Assembly: GCA_025963875.1 (NCBI GenBank)
Contig: JAOPZY010000162.1
Location: forward strand, 1 to 43,988
DNA from: Actinomycetota bacterium
GTDB lineage: Bacteria; Actinomycetota; CADDZG01; JAHWKV01; JAOPZY01
Reading direction: 5' to 3'
Length of the DNA stretch: 43,988 nucleotides
Shown here one piece after another: positions 27,596-37,271 of the stretch. Both the position numbers and the translations under genes were made by a program. Numbering within the stretch: position 1 is the first letter of the stretch; every line of letters begins with the position of its first letter. The notes under the pieces are model-generated. The model was given only the letters and a program-made list of their open reading frames with translations. It was not told the DNA's origin and made no database searches.

Positions 27596-28366
27596 TTGCC
27601 CGAAGCTCTGGATCGCAAGGGCGACCGCGCGCTCTACCTCCAAATTGCTGACCAACTGCGTGAGCAGGTTGTGACCGGGAAGCTGGCCCCAGGCAGCAGG
27701 CTGCCGAGCGAGCATTCGTTGATGGCGGCATACGACGCCAGCCGGGACACGGTCCGCAAGGCCATCGGTGTCCTCAAGGCCGAGGGACGCCTGGACTCCG
27801 AGCGGGGCCGAGGGGTCACGGTCCGGACAGCGCCACCGGTCGAGCGACTCGGAAGTGACCGCCTTGCCCGGAAGCACCGCAAGGCCGGCAAGGGGGCGTA
27901 CCTCGCGGACCTGGAGGCCTCCGGGAGAACGGCCGAAATCGCGGTCACGGTCTCCACGGAGAAGGCTTCCCGCGAGGTCGCTGCCCGGCTCGGCCTCAAG
28001 GCCGGCGAGCGGGTGCTGGTCCGAAGCCGGCGGATGCTCGCCGACGGGCAGCCGCTGCAGCTGGCGGTGAGCTACCTCCCCCTCGAGCTGGTGAAAGGGA
28101 CGCAGATCGAACAGCACGACACCGGCCCGGGAGGCACGTACGCCCGGCTTGAGGAGATGGGCCACCGTCTCGACCGATTCGAGGAACGGGTCACGGCACG
28201 GATGCCGTCGCCGGATGAAGCGAAGTCCCTGGACCTCGGGCCGGGTACGCCGGTGATCCTGGTCGCTCGAACCGCCTATGCGGTGGGGAACCGGCCGGTG
28301 GAGCTCTGCGACACGACCATGGCCGCTGACCGCTACGAACTGCTGTACGAAATTTCTGCACAGTAG
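27596..28366 (+). CDS. GntR/HutC family regulator with UTRA domain (KorSA-like)
   Basis: LYLQIADQLRE..LPSE..SRDTVRKA..GRGVTVR; DTGPGGTYARL; ARMPSPDE; GGGGGAGG RBS before TTG. Confidence 0.9.
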   Translation: MPEALDRKGDRALYLQIADQLREQVVTGKLAPGSRLPSEHSLMAAYDASRDTVRKAIGVLKAEGRLDSERGRGVTVRTAPPVERLGSDRLARKHRKAGKGAYLADLEASGRTAEIAVTVSTEKASREVAARLGLKAGERVLVRSRRMLADGQPLQLAVSYLPLELVKGTQIEQHDTGPGGTYARLEEMGHRLDRFEERVTARMPSPDEAKSLDLGPGTPVILVARTAYAVGNRPVELCDTTMAADRYELLYEISAQ

Positions 28367-28393
28367 TTGTCGCTCAGGTAGGGCCCGGCGTAC

Positions 28394-28446
28394 TTGACAC
28401 AGTTGTACGGACATACGTATCGTCTCGCGCGAGGTTATACGGACAA
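28394..28446 (+). promoter_or_regulatory. Promoter with tandem GntR-type operator sites
   Basis: TTGACA-18 nt-TATCGT; GTTGTACGGACA (28402) and GTTATACGGACAAC (28433); related GTTGTACGG upstream of the GntR gene (27551). Confidence 0.7.
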
Positions 28447-28482
28447 CCGTACAGGCTGCGACGAGGGGAGGGACACGTACCG

Positions 28483-28779
28483 ATGCCGATGGACAGGTCG
28501 AACATGTGGACCGCTGGCAACCGATCCCACCGGGCCTCGGCTGCCAAACCGACTGGGTCGAGCCCGATGAAGCCCCAATCGCACTTCCTCACCATTTGCT
28601 GGGACGGCACGGCGGAGGACGGAACGCCGATCACGTTGCAGGCCACGCTCTGCAAGGCGCATCGCCAGGTGATCGCGCTCCGGTCCGCCAGCGCCCGAGG
28701 CGTTCGCCGGCAGTTCGGCGAATCATGTGACCTGTGCGACGGCCGGGAACCAAGGACCCTGGCCGCAGAAGCAGAATAG
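28483..28779 (+). CDS. Small hypothetical protein with Cys/His motifs (possible Zn binding)
   Basis: GGGGAGGG RBS; LCKAH and SCDLC motifs; strong upstream promoter. Confidence 0.6.
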   Translation: MPMDRSNMWTAGNRSHRASAAKPTGSSPMKPQSHFLTICWDGTAEDGTPITLQATLCKAHRQVIALRSASARGVRRQFGESCDLCDGREPRTLAAEAE

Positions 28780-28835
28780 GGAGGGCGGCGGTCCGCCGTC
28801 GCAGACCGCCGCCCCCCAAGAGCCGGAGCGTGGAG

Positions 28836-30173
28836 TTACGGCCTGGTGACGGTGTTGGAGTCCATCGTCACTGCGGCGTTGCGGGCAAGCGCCCGGCCGT
28901 CCACGGTCACGCCCGTCGTCAGGGTGATCGAGGCCAGCGCAAGGATGCTGCCCGAGAGCTGGGAGTAGGTTCCCAGGGTGGCGGAGCTGCCGACCTGCCA
29001 GAAGACGTTGGACGCCTGAGCGCCGCCTGTCAGCACCACGTGACTTGCGGAAGCGGTGATGAGCGTCGAGCCCATCTGGAAGATGAAGGCGGCGTTGGGG
29101 TCGCCCTTGGCGTCCAGGGTGAGGGTCCCGGTGATCCCGAGGGACGAGGCGGAGCTGTAGACCCCCGGCGTGAACGTCTGCCCTCCGAGGTCGCCGGCGA
29201 GGACGGCATCCGGCGACCGCCCGGCTGCGTCGTTGTAGGCGGTGACCAGGTCGGCCTGCGCCTGGGCTGCGACGGCGTCGGCCGCGTGGATCGTGCCGTA
29301 CGGCGTGAGCGACCCTTGACCGGTGATTGCGGTGCCCGGGCTCAGGCCGATGTCGCCGGTGATCGTCGTCGGGCCCGTGTTGGTGATGGTGGCGGCGGCC
29401 ATGACGGCAAAGTCCTTCGCGGACCCGAGAGCGACGGCGCCCCCGGTGGCGGGCGGGGTGACGACCGGCGTCCCCTGCTTGCCGACGGTGTTGGAGTCCA
29501 TCGTCACTGCAGCGGTGCGGGCAAGCGCACGGCCGTCCACGGTCACGCCCGTCGTGAGGGTGATCGAGGCCAGCGCCATGATGCTGCCCGACAGCTGGGA
29601 GTAGGTCCCCAGGGTGGCGGAGCTGCCGACCTGCCAGAAGACGTTGGACGACTGGGCGCCGCCCGTCAGCACCACGTGACTGCTTGAAGCCGTGATGAGC
29701 GTGGAGCCCATCTGGAAGATGAAGACGGCGTTGGGGTCACCCTTGGCGTCCAGGGTGAGGGTCCCGGTGATCCCGAGGGACGAGGCGGAGCTGTAGACGC
29801 CGGGGGTGAAGGTCTGGCCGCCGATGTCGCCGGCGATGACGGCGTCCGGTGTCCGGCCGGCTGCGTCGTTGTAGGCGGTGACCAGGTCGGCCTGCGCCTG
29901 CGCTGCGGCGACGTCGGCGGCGTGGATCGTGCCGTGCAACGTGAGCGACCCCTGGCCGGTGATTGCGGTGCCCGGGCTCAGGCCGACATCGCCGGTGATC
30001 GTCGTGGGCCCGGTGTTGGTGATCGTGGCGGCGGCCATGACGGCAAAGCTGTCCGCGGTCCCGAGGGCGACGGAGCCGGTGGCTGCCTTCGCTGCACCGG
30101 CCAGGGATGAACCGACGACAAGCAGCGCAACCGAAAGCGATCCCACTTGTGCGCAAAGTCTTTGTAGCTTCAT
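28836..30173 (-). CDS. Secreted ice-binding protein with two tandem DUF3494 domains
   Basis: Signal peptide, then twice VALG.A..FAVMA...ITNTGPTTITGD.GLSPGTAITG..AQADL.TAYNDAAGR..TPGVY..LTLDAKGDPNA.FIFQ..NVFWQVGSSATLG..GRALAR. Confidence 0.93.
   Translation of the reverse strand: MKLQRLCAQVGSLSVALLVVGSSLAGAAKAATGSVALGTADSFAVMAAATITNTGPTTITGDVGLSPGTAITGQGSLTLHGTIHAADVAAAQAQADLVTAYNDAAGRTPDAVIAGDIGGQTFTPGVYSSASSLGITGTLTLDAKGDPNAVFIFQMGSTLITASSSHVVLTGGAQSSNVFWQVGSSATLGTYSQLSGSIMALASITLTTGVTVDGRALARTAAVTMDSNTVGKQGTPVVTPPATGGAVALGSAKDFAVMAAATITNTGPTTITGDIGLSPGTAITGQGSLTPYGTIHAADAVAAQAQADLVTAYNDAAGRSPDAVLAGDLGGQTFTPGVYSSASSLGITGTLTLDAKGDPNAAFIFQMGSTLITASASHVVLTGGAQASNVFWQVGSSATLGTYSQLSGSILALASITLTTGVTVDGRALARNAAVTMDSNTVTRP
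28849..30070. repeat. Near-identical tandem duplication of the DUF3494 coding unit (period 636 nt)
   Basis: ACGGTGTTGGAGTCCATCGTCACTGC occurs at 28849 and 29485; long identical tracts continue through both copies. Confidence 0.9.
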
Positions 30174-30576
30174 AGAGAATCTCCCTAAGGGACTAGGTGT
30201 TTGGCGCCGTAAATGCTGGCGATTTCGATTCAGACTAAGTAGTGCTCCCGTCTCACTCTCAATAGTGTTTAGCGCGATTGAATCAGTCTCGTAATGTATC
30301 GGCATTGAGCCAACATAGCCATGTGGCAAATGCACCATCATTGGGATAGATGGGGTACTCGCGGCCCAACTTTCGTCGGGACTATCCCATCGCGGCGTTT
30401 CGGTCCCGATCGAGCTCGCCCGCAACGCCGGGTGGTTGGGGCTCTTGAAACTTGCTACGCTTGCCGCAGGTGTCCCTAAAGGGTCGCCGTCTGGCTCCGG
30501 CCCCTGGCCAGTCGATGTGAGGCGCACTCGGGTCCGAGTGATGATTCGAGTTCGATGACCTATCGGAGGTGCGCCC

Positions 30577-32988
30577 ATGCGGGCTGGGCATCCGGCCACC
30601 CATCACGCCATCGAGGACCACAGCCTCCGGCCGGCACCGGCCGGCCCCCTGGGCGATGGCGAGCTGCAAGCCATCGACGCCTGGTGGCGAGCCGCCAACT
30701 ACCTCTCCGTCGGCCAGATCTACCTGCTGGACAACCCGCTGCTGCGTGAGCCCCTGTGTCCCGAGCACGTCAAGCCACGCCTCCTCGGGCACTGGGGGAC
30801 CACGCCCGGACTCAACTTCGTCTACGTCCACATGAACCGGGCGATCCAACGGCGGGACATCAGCGCCATCTATGTGGCAGGGCCGGGCCACGGAGGGCCG
30901 GGGCTCCTCGCCAACGTGTACCTCGAGGGCACCTACAGCGAGGTCTACCCGACGGTCACGCAGGACGAGGCAGGTATGCGGCGGCTCTTCCGGCAGTTCT
31001 CCTTCCCCGGCGGCGTGCCGAGCCACGTCGCCGCCGAGACGCCGGGTTCCATCCACGAAGGCGGCGAGCTGGGCTACGCCCTCGCTCATGCCTACGGAGC
31101 GGTCTTCGACAACCCGGACCTGGTCGCCTGCTGCGTCGTCGGCGACGGCGAGGCGGAGACGGGTCCGCTGGCGACGAGCTGGCATGCCAACAAGTTCCTG
31201 AACCCCGTCCACGACGGCGCCGTGCTCCCGATCCTGCACCTGAACGGCTACAAGATCGCCAACCCCACGGTCCTGGCCAGGATCCCCGATACCGAGCTTC
31301 TGTCGCTGTTGGAGGGCTACGGCTACCGTCCCCTGGTCGTCGACGGGCGGGACCCGGGACCCGCCCACCAGCGGATGGCTGCCGTCCTCGACGAAGCGCT
31401 CGACGAGATCGCCGGCATCCAACGCGCGGCCCGGAGCGGGGGCTTCGCGCAGCGGCCCCGGTGGCCCATGATCGTCCTCCGCACGCCGAAGGGGTGGACC
31501 GGGCCGAAGGAGGTGGACGGCCAGCCGGTCGAGGGCACCTTTCGGGCTCACCAGGTGCCGCTCAACGAGGTGCGGACCAACCCGGGCCATCTGGCCCTCC
31601 TCGAGACGTGGATGCGGAGTTATCGCCCTGGGGAGCTGTTCGACGACGAGGGCGCCCCGGTGGCGAGCCTCAGGGAGCTCGCCCCGGCCGGCGAGCGGCG
31701 GATGGGGGCCAATCCCCACGCCAACGGGGGTTTGCTCCTCCGGCCCCTGTCGATGCCCAACTTCCGCGACTACGCCATCAAAGTGCTCAACCCCGGGACG
31801 GCCCTCAGCGAGCCGACCCGGGTGCTGGGTGCGTTCCTGCGCGACATCGTGGCGGCCAACCCCCGCACCTTCCGTATCTTCGGACCGGACGAGACGGCCT
31901 CCAACCGCCTGGGCGCGGTCTTCGAGGTAACCGACCGCGTCTTCGTCGGTGCCACGCTGCCCACCGACGACCACCTGTCCCCCGACGGGCGGGTCATGGA
32001 GGTGCTGTCCGAGCATCTGTGCCAGGGGTGGCTGGAGGGCTACCTCCTCACCGGCCGCCACGGGCTGTTCAACTCGTACGAGGCCTTCATCCACATCATC
32101 GACTCGATGTTCAACCAGCACGCCAAGTGGCTGAAGGTTTCCAAGTCGATCCCCTGGCGGCGGCCGATCGCGTCCCTCAACTACCTGCTCAGCTCGCACG
32201 TTTGGCGCCAGGACAACAACGGCTTCTCCCACCAGGATCCCGGGTTCATCGACCACGTCGTCAACAAGAAGGCGGAGATCATCCGCGTCTACCTGCCGCC
32301 CGACACCAACTGCCTGCTGTCGGTGGCCAACCACTGCCTGCGCAGCCAGGACTACGTGAACGTCATCGTGGCCGGCAAGCAACCATCCCACGACTGGCTC
32401 TCGATGGAGGCGGCGGTCCTGCACTGCACGCGCGGGGCCGGCATCTGGGACTGGGCGAGCAACGACGAGGGGGAGCCGGACGTGGTGATAGCCGCCTGCG
32501 GCGACGTCCCAACCCTGGAGAGCCTCGCCGCGATCGACCTGCTGCGTCGCCATGTGCCGGAGCTCAAGATAAGGATGGTCAACATCGTGGACCTGATGCG
32601 CCTGCAGTCGGCGGACGAGCACCCGCATGGCATGTCTGACGCGGAGTTCGACTCGCTCTTCACCACCGACCGGCCCGTCGTCTTCGCCTACCACGGCTAT
32701 CCCTGGCTCATCCACCGGCTGACCTACCGCCGAACCAACCACGGCAACCTCCACGTCAGGGGCTACAAGGAAGAGGGGACGACCACGACCCCTTTCGATA
32801 TGGTCATGCTGAATGACCTCGACCGTTTCCACCTGGTTATGGATGTGATCGACCGGGTTCCCGGCCTGGGCTCCAGGGCGGGCCACGTGCGCCAGCTCAT
32901 GGTCGACCGCCGTCTGCAGGCACGGGCCTATACCCGGCAGGTCGGTGAGGACTCCCCGGACGTCAGCTCCTGGACCTGGCCGCACTGA
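30577..32988 (+). CDS. xfp: Xylulose-5-phosphate/fructose-6-phosphate phosphoketolase
   Basis: [71 protein letters not shown]. Confidence 0.97.
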   Translation: MRAGHPATHHAIEDHSLRPAPAGPLGDGELQAIDAWWRAANYLSVGQIYLLDNPLLREPLCPEHVKPRLLGHWGTTPGLNFVYVHMNRAIQRRDISAIYVAGPGHGGPGLLANVYLEGTYSEVYPTVTQDEAGMRRLFRQFSFPGGVPSHVAAETPGSIHEGGELGYALAHAYGAVFDNPDLVACCVVGDGEAETGPLATSWHANKFLNPVHDGAVLPILHLNGYKIANPTVLARIPDTELLSLLEGYGYRPLVVDGRDPGPAHQRMAAVLDEALDEIAGIQRAARSGGFAQRPRWPMIVLRTPKGWTGPKEVDGQPVEGTFRAHQVPLNEVRTNPGHLALLETWMRSYRPGELFDDEGAPVASLRELAPAGERRMGANPHANGGLLLRPLSMPNFRDYAIKVLNPGTALSEPTRVLGAFLRDIVAANPRTFRIFGPDETASNRLGAVFEVTDRVFVGATLPTDDHLSPDGRVMEVLSEHLCQGWLEGYLLTGRHGLFNSYEAFIHIIDSMFNQHAKWLKVSKSIPWRRPIASLNYLLSSHVWRQDNNGFSHQDPGFIDHVVNKKAEIIRVYLPPDTNCLLSVANHCLRSQDYVNVIVAGKQPSHDWLSMEAAVLHCTRGAGIWDWASNDEGEPDVVIAACGDVPTLESLAAIDLLRRHVPELKIRMVNIVDLMRLQSADEHPHGMSDAEFDSLFTTDRPVVFAYHGYPWLIHRLTYRRTNHGNLHVRGYKEEGTTTTPFDMVMLNDLDRFHLVMDVIDRVPGLGSRAGHVRQLMVDRRLQARAYTRQVGEDSPDVSSWTWPH

Positions 32989-33008
32989 GCTCCGCGCCTC
33001 GGTGTCCC

Positions 33009-34118
33009 ATGCGGGTCCTCGTCGTCAACGCCGGCTCCAGCAGCCTGAAGCTGCGCCTGCTCGATGCCGGCGATGCCGTCGTCGGCACCCGCAACCTGGG
33101 TCCCGGGCCGCCTGACCGTGGGAACCTGGGGGCCTGGATCGGCTCCCTGGGCGGCATCGACGCGGTAGGCCACCGCATCGTCCACGGGGGGACCGACTTC
33201 TCCGAGCCCGTGCTCATCGATGCCGTGGTGGAGGAGCGCCTCCACGCACTGGCGGACCTCGCGCCTCTGCACCAGGCGAAGGCCCTCGATGCCCTGCACG
33301 CGGTCTGCGCCGTCCTTCCTGGCGTTCCTGCAGTTGCCTGCTTCGATACAGCCTTTCACGCCGGGCTCCCGGCCCCGGCGGCTACGTATGCCCTGCCGGC
33401 CGAATGGCGCAGCCGCTGGAGACTGCGGCGCTACGGCTTCCACGGCATCTCGCATGCCTACGCCACCCGCCGCACCGCCGAGCTGCTGGGCCGCCCCGCC
33501 GCCGAGCTGCGGATCGTGACCTGCCACCTGGGGGCGGGCGCCTCGCTGGCCGCCGTCTCGGGCGGCCGCTGCGTGGACACGACGATGGGCTTCACGCCGC
33601 TGGAAGGCCTCGTCATGGCGACCCGCTCGGGAAGTGTTGACCCCGGGCTCGTCCTGTGGCTTCAGACCCACGCCGGCCTCTCACCCGGCGAGCTGGCCGA
33701 GGCCTTGGAGTACCGCTCCGGCCTGACGGGACTCGCGGGGACCGGCGACATGGCCGTGCTGCTGGCCCGGGCGGAGGCGGGCGATGGCGACGCTCGCCTC
33801 GCGGTCGAGGTCTACCTGCACCGGCTGCGCGCACTGATGGCCGCGATGGTCGCCGCCATGTGCGGCGTCGATGCCGTCTCCTTCACCGGCGGTGTGGGCG
33901 AGAATGCCCCGGCCATCCGTGCCGGGGCTGCGGCGGGGTTGGGGTTCCTCGGCATCGACCTCGACGCTACCCGCAACGAGCAGAGGGCGGACGGCGGGCA
34001 GGTCGATCGTGAAATCGGCCAAGCGGGCGCCCGGGTGCGCTGCGTGGTCGTCGCCGCACGCGAGGATCTCGAGATCGCCCGCGAGGTGCGGGGACTGCTG
34101 GGGGCGACGCGCTCATGA
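33009..34118 (+). CDS. ackA: Acetate/propionate kinase
   Basis: NAGSSSLK, GHRIVHGG, APLH, FDTAFH, YGFHGISH, HLGAGAS, TMGFTPLEG, FTGGVGEN. Confidence 0.96.
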   Translation: MRVLVVNAGSSSLKLRLLDAGDAVVGTRNLGPGPPDRGNLGAWIGSLGGIDAVGHRIVHGGTDFSEPVLIDAVVEERLHALADLAPLHQAKALDALHAVCAVLPGVPAVACFDTAFHAGLPAPAATYALPAEWRSRWRLRRYGFHGISHAYATRRTAELLGRPAAELRIVTCHLGAGASLAAVSGGRCVDTTMGFTPLEGLVMATRSGSVDPGLVLWLQTHAGLSPGELAEALEYRSGLTGLAGTGDMAVLLARAEAGDGDARLAVEVYLHRLRALMAAMVAAMCGVDAVSFTGGVGENAPAIRAGAAAGLGFLGIDLDATRNEQRADGGQVDREIGQAGARVRCVVVAAREDLEIAREVRGLLGATRS

Positions 34119-34921
34119 TTGGCTTCAAACGGCACAACGAGCGGCCTCCTCCCGTGCGGATGGCCGGGAGCGTTGCAGCGGGCGCCGTGACGACATGGGA
34201 GCACTTGGCGCGTCCAACCCACAGCCCGGCCCGGTTCTATCCTTCGCTTGTCGCTGAGTTCCCGGAATCGGCCCGGCGCTGGCTCACCCATGCCGTGGCT
34301 CCGGGTGCGCCACTTGCCCGGGGAGTGATCCTGCAGATGGAAGGACGGATCCGAGTACGGCGTTGGCTGCCATTTGAAGCCACCCAGATCATTGTCCCGC
34401 CGGAAGGCTATGTGTGGGCGGCGAGAGCCCGCTTCGGGCCGTTTTCGATCCGGGGCTACGACCGTTACTCCGACGGCATCGGGGCGATGAGGTGGCGTCT
34501 TGCCGGCAAGATCCCACTCGTGACCGTGGACGGCCCCGACGTTGACCGAAGCGCTGCGGGTCGTCTGGCGGCCGAGGCCGTGTGGGTCCCGACTATGCTT
34601 CTCGGACCAGACGTCAAGCTCCGCGCCGGGCCCGACGCCGACACCACGACTGCCGGGTGGAGCATCGGACCGCACACGCTCACTACCGACATCCATCTGG
34701 ACCCGGTCGGCGCGCCTCGGAGCGTGAACATGATGAGGTGGGGCAACCCTCTCGGGGAGCCATTCGGCGAGTACCGTTTCGGAGCCGACCTGGACGACGA
34801 AGCCACCTTCGACGGGATCACGATTCCGACGCGAATCCGCGCCGGCTACTTCCACGGAACGCAGCGCTGGTCAGAGGGAGAGTTCTTCCGCGCCCAGATC
34901 ACAGAAGCTCGCTTTATCTGA
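34115..34921 (+). CDS. DUF6544-like hypothetical protein
   Basis: ATGA overlap with ackA; WLPFEATQ, WAAR, GYDRY, RLAAEAVWVP, RWGNP pattern. Confidence 0.7.
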   Translation: MIGFKRHNERPPPVRMAGSVAAGAVTTWEHLARPTHSPARFYPSLVAEFPESARRWLTHAVAPGAPLARGVILQMEGRIRVRRWLPFEATQIIVPPEGYVWAARARFGPFSIRGYDRYSDGIGAMRWRLAGKIPLVTVDGPDVDRSAAGRLAAEAVWVPTMLLGPDVKLRAGPDADTTTAGWSIGPHTLTTDIHLDPVGAPRSVNMMRWGNPLGEPFGEYRFGADLDDEATFDGITIPTRIRAGYFHGTQRWSEGEFFRAQITEARFI

Positions 34922-34934
34922 ACCCCTGGGCCAG

Positions 34935-34985
34935 CGAAGTGAGGAGTTTTTTGCGCGTCATACGCACAATTTCCTCCTCGCTTCG
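34935..34985. repeat. REP-like imperfect palindrome / terminator
   Basis: CGAAGTGAGGAG..TTGCGCGT-CAT-ACGCACAA..CTCCTCGCTTCG. Confidence 0.65.
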
Positions 34986-35021
34986 GAGGTCGGTGCCTTT
35001 GGAACACGAGAGGAGGAAGCC

Positions 35022-35495
35022 ATGGAGGAAGCAGCAGGCTCACAGCCGGCCACCCTCGGGGAGCGGCCGCTGTCCGTGGTGCTCGCTACGGACGGGTCCG
35101 AGCACAGCGTCAAGGCGGCACGCGTTCTGGTGGAAGTCCTCGGCGGCCGCTCGGCCGAGGTCCGCCTGGTGACCGTGCTCAGCATGGAGATGAAGCCAAC
35201 GACCTACATGGGGGACCTGAGCGATGCGGACGAACGCCGTGCCCATATTGCGGAGGAGACGGAGAAAGCCGTGGGTGATGTACGGCGCATCCTGGAGGAG
35301 GCCGGTCTCTCCGTATCGGTCCACCACCGATTGGGTAACCCGCCCGACGAGGTGCTGGCGGAGGTCGACGAAGTGGTTCCTGATCTGGTCGTGGTAGGCC
35401 GGCGCGGGCTCGGCCGGGCCGCGAGCCTCGTGTTGGGGAGCGTGTCGTCATCCCTGCTGCGCCATTCGGCGGTCCCCGTCCTGACCGTTCCCTGA
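35022..35495 (+). CDS. Universal stress protein
   Basis: ATDGSEHS, DLVVVGRRGLG..LGSVS...VPVLTVP; AGGAGG RBS. Confidence 0.93.
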   Translation: MEEAAGSQPATLGERPLSVVLATDGSEHSVKAARVLVEVLGGRSAEVRLVTVLSMEMKPTTYMGDLSDADERRAHIAEETEKAVGDVRRILEEAGLSVSVHHRLGNPPDEVLAEVDEVVPDLVVVGRRGLGRAASLVLGSVSSSLLRHSAVPVLTVP

Positions 35496-35502
35496 CGCGA
35501 CG

Positions 35503-35901
35503 TCAACTGTCGGGGACCCGGCTGCCGGAGATGTCTTCGATCGTGATCCGGATCCAGTGCTCGGCCTCCGTGGTCCCCCAGGGCTTGAGCGGGCCGCGCC
35601 GCAGCATCTCGACCTCATCGGGGTCGACCACCTCCTGGGCAGTGCCCTGCACGATCACGCTCCAGCCGGCGTTGTAGAGCGGCCGGATAGCGTCCACCTC
35701 GAAGGCGACGGGTGCGACCTCCCGCAGGGCGCTGACGTTTTCGCCGGGGATCGTGCAGAACACGACTGTCTTGTCGTCGGCCAGGTAATTCACCGGGAGA
35801 ATCACCGGGCGCCCGTCGGAGACGAACGCCACCCGGCCGACGTACGACTCGTGCTGGAGAAGTTCCAGGCACTCCTCTTTCGAAAGCTCCTCGATGCTCA
35901 T
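35503..35901 (-). CDS. Pyridoxamine 5'-phosphate oxidase-like FMN-binding protein
   Basis: ELSKEECLELL, VGRVAF, PVILPVNY, VAFEVD, GWSVIVQG. Confidence 0.9.
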   Translation of the reverse strand: MSIEELSKEECLELLQHESYVGRVAFVSDGRPVILPVNYLADDKTVVFCTIPGENVSALREVAPVAFEVDAIRPLYNAGWSVIVQGTAQEVVDPDEVEMLRRGPLKPWGTTEAEHWIRITIEDISGSRVPDS

Positions 35902-35946
35902 CCGCTTGCCCTCCCATCACGGCAGTGTGAGGTTCACGGATTGACC

Positions 35947-36888
35947 TTACGGGAGTGGCTGAGGGGAGGTCGCCGCCACCAGGCGATTGCGTCCGGCCTC
36001 CTTCGCCTGGTACAGGGCGGCATCGGCACTGCGGACCAGCTCTGTCGGAGGCTTTGTACCCGCAGCGCAACCGCCGCTCACGGTGATGTCGACCTGGTGG
36101 CTGCCCACGGCAAAGGTGGCTCCGGCGATGGCCGAGCGGACACGCTCGCCGACCACGTAGGCGCCTTCGATGCCGGTTTGCGGCAGCACGAGAAGAAACT
36201 CCTCCCCGCCCCAGCGACCGACGACGGAGTCACCCCATCGACCAAGGATGTCGTCGGCGCGGACCACCGTCAGGACTCGGCGAGTGAACTCCCTCAGCAC
36301 CGCGTCGCCAGCTTCGTGGCCGTAGGTGTCATTGATCCGCTTGAAGTGGTCGATGTCGAACATGACGACGGCGACAGTGTCTGCGTGCCGGCCGGCGAGA
36401 CGCACGAACCGGCCCAGCTCTTCGTCGAGGTGGCGGCGGTTGAACGCACCGGTGAGCGCGTCGGTCCTGCTCATTCGGTCGAGCTCGGCGCTTCGCTCTC
36501 GCAGCGCGTCCTGCAGCCTCTTCGTCCGGACGGCGGCGCCGACGCGGGCAATCAGCTCGGCGGGCTCGAAAGGCTTCTTGAGGTAGTCCTGGGCGCCCGC
36601 CCGGAGGCCGGCAACGATCTGCTCGCTGCCCGTCTGGCCCGTGAGGAAGACCACCGGCGTGCCCTCGAGTTCCTCGTCGGCTTTCACTCGGCGCAGCACC
36701 TCGTGCCCGTTCAGGCCCGGCATCTCGATGTCCAGCAGCACCATGTCCGGCCGGTGGTGGCGCATCATCTCGATGGCGTCGGGTCCGTTGACGGCCTCCA
36801 CCACCTGGTAACCCTCCTCTTCGAGGTGGTGGCGCAGCACGGCGCGGATCACCATCGAGTCGTCGGCGATCAGGACCGTTGCACCCAC
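35947..36888 (-). CDS. Response-regulator diguanylate cyclase (REC-GGDEF, WspR-like)
   Basis: IADDS, LLDIEMP, KP; DALTGAFNRR, DIDHFKRIND.YGH..GD, GGEEF. Confidence 0.93.
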   Translation of the reverse strand: MGATVLIADDSMVIRAVLRHHLEEEGYQVVEAVNGPDAIEMMRHHRPDMVLLDIEMPGLNGHEVLRRVKADEELEGTPVVFLTGQTGSEQIVAGLRAGAQDYLKKPFEPAELIARVGAAVRTKRLQDALRERSAELDRMSRTDALTGAFNRRHLDEELGRFVRLAGRHADTVAVVMFDIDHFKRINDTYGHEAGDAVLREFTRRVLTVVRADDILGRWGDSVVGRWGGEEFLLVLPQTGIEGAYVVGERVRSAIAGATFAVGSHQVDITVSGGCAAGTKPPTELVRSADAALYQAKEAGRNRLVAATSPQPLP

Positions 36889-36890
36889 CC

Positions 36891-37271
36891 TCAGAGCCGC
36901 TTCGCCAGGGCGGCCGGATCCGCCAGGAACTCCAGACCCTGCTCGCGGCCGATGACCCCGCAGATCAACGCCTCGTGCTGTCCCTCCGGGGGGCTTCCGA
37001 TCTCCGCCTCATCGATGCTGCTCAGCCCCGTCACCTCTTCGACGAGGAGGCCGAAGGTGGACCCCACGGCTGCGATCACCAGGATGCGGTCCCCGCCCGA
37101 TCCGAGCACCGACAGCACGGTCAGCGGCGGATCGGCCGGGAGGACCCCGATCACGCCGGGGCGAGGGACGGGCAGCGGCACAAGACCGGCAGCGGTGCGG
37201 ACGCCGACCGTGGCCTCAACCGGGACGCAGTACCGGCCATCTCCCGTCAGGAAGTGAACCAGGGTCCTCAT
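36891..37271 (-). CDS. cheW: CheW-like coupling protein (short, divergent)
   Basis: LVPLP..PGVIGV, FGLLVEEVTG; ATGA overlap with cheR. Confidence 0.75.
   Translation of the reverse strand: MRTLVHFLTGDGRYCVPVEATVGVRTAAGLVPLPVPRPGVIGVLPADPPLTVLSVLGSGGDRILVIAAVGSTFGLLVEEVTGLSSIDEAEIGSPPEGQHEALICGVIGREQGLEFLADPAALAKRL

Noticed and set aside
27484..28836. Intact integrative conjugative element
   Set aside because: KorSA-like regulator only; no integrase, replication or transfer genes and no att repeats were seen.
30370..30510. DosR/DevR-like boxes upstream of xfp
   Set aside because: Only weak partial GGGAC/GGCCCCT matches in GC-rich DNA; not supportable without a PWM.
28836..30599. 587-aa version of the ice-binding protein
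   Set aside because: ATG 30173 has a GGGAGA RBS and begins a signal peptide; the upstream extension crosses AT-rich intergenic DNA.
30382..32985. 867-aa antisense ORF and similar long shadow ORFs (392-1759, 8584-10134, 19535-21367, 35557-37257)
   Set aside because: They mirror well-supported genes on the opposite strand, a known artefact of high GC3 codon usage.
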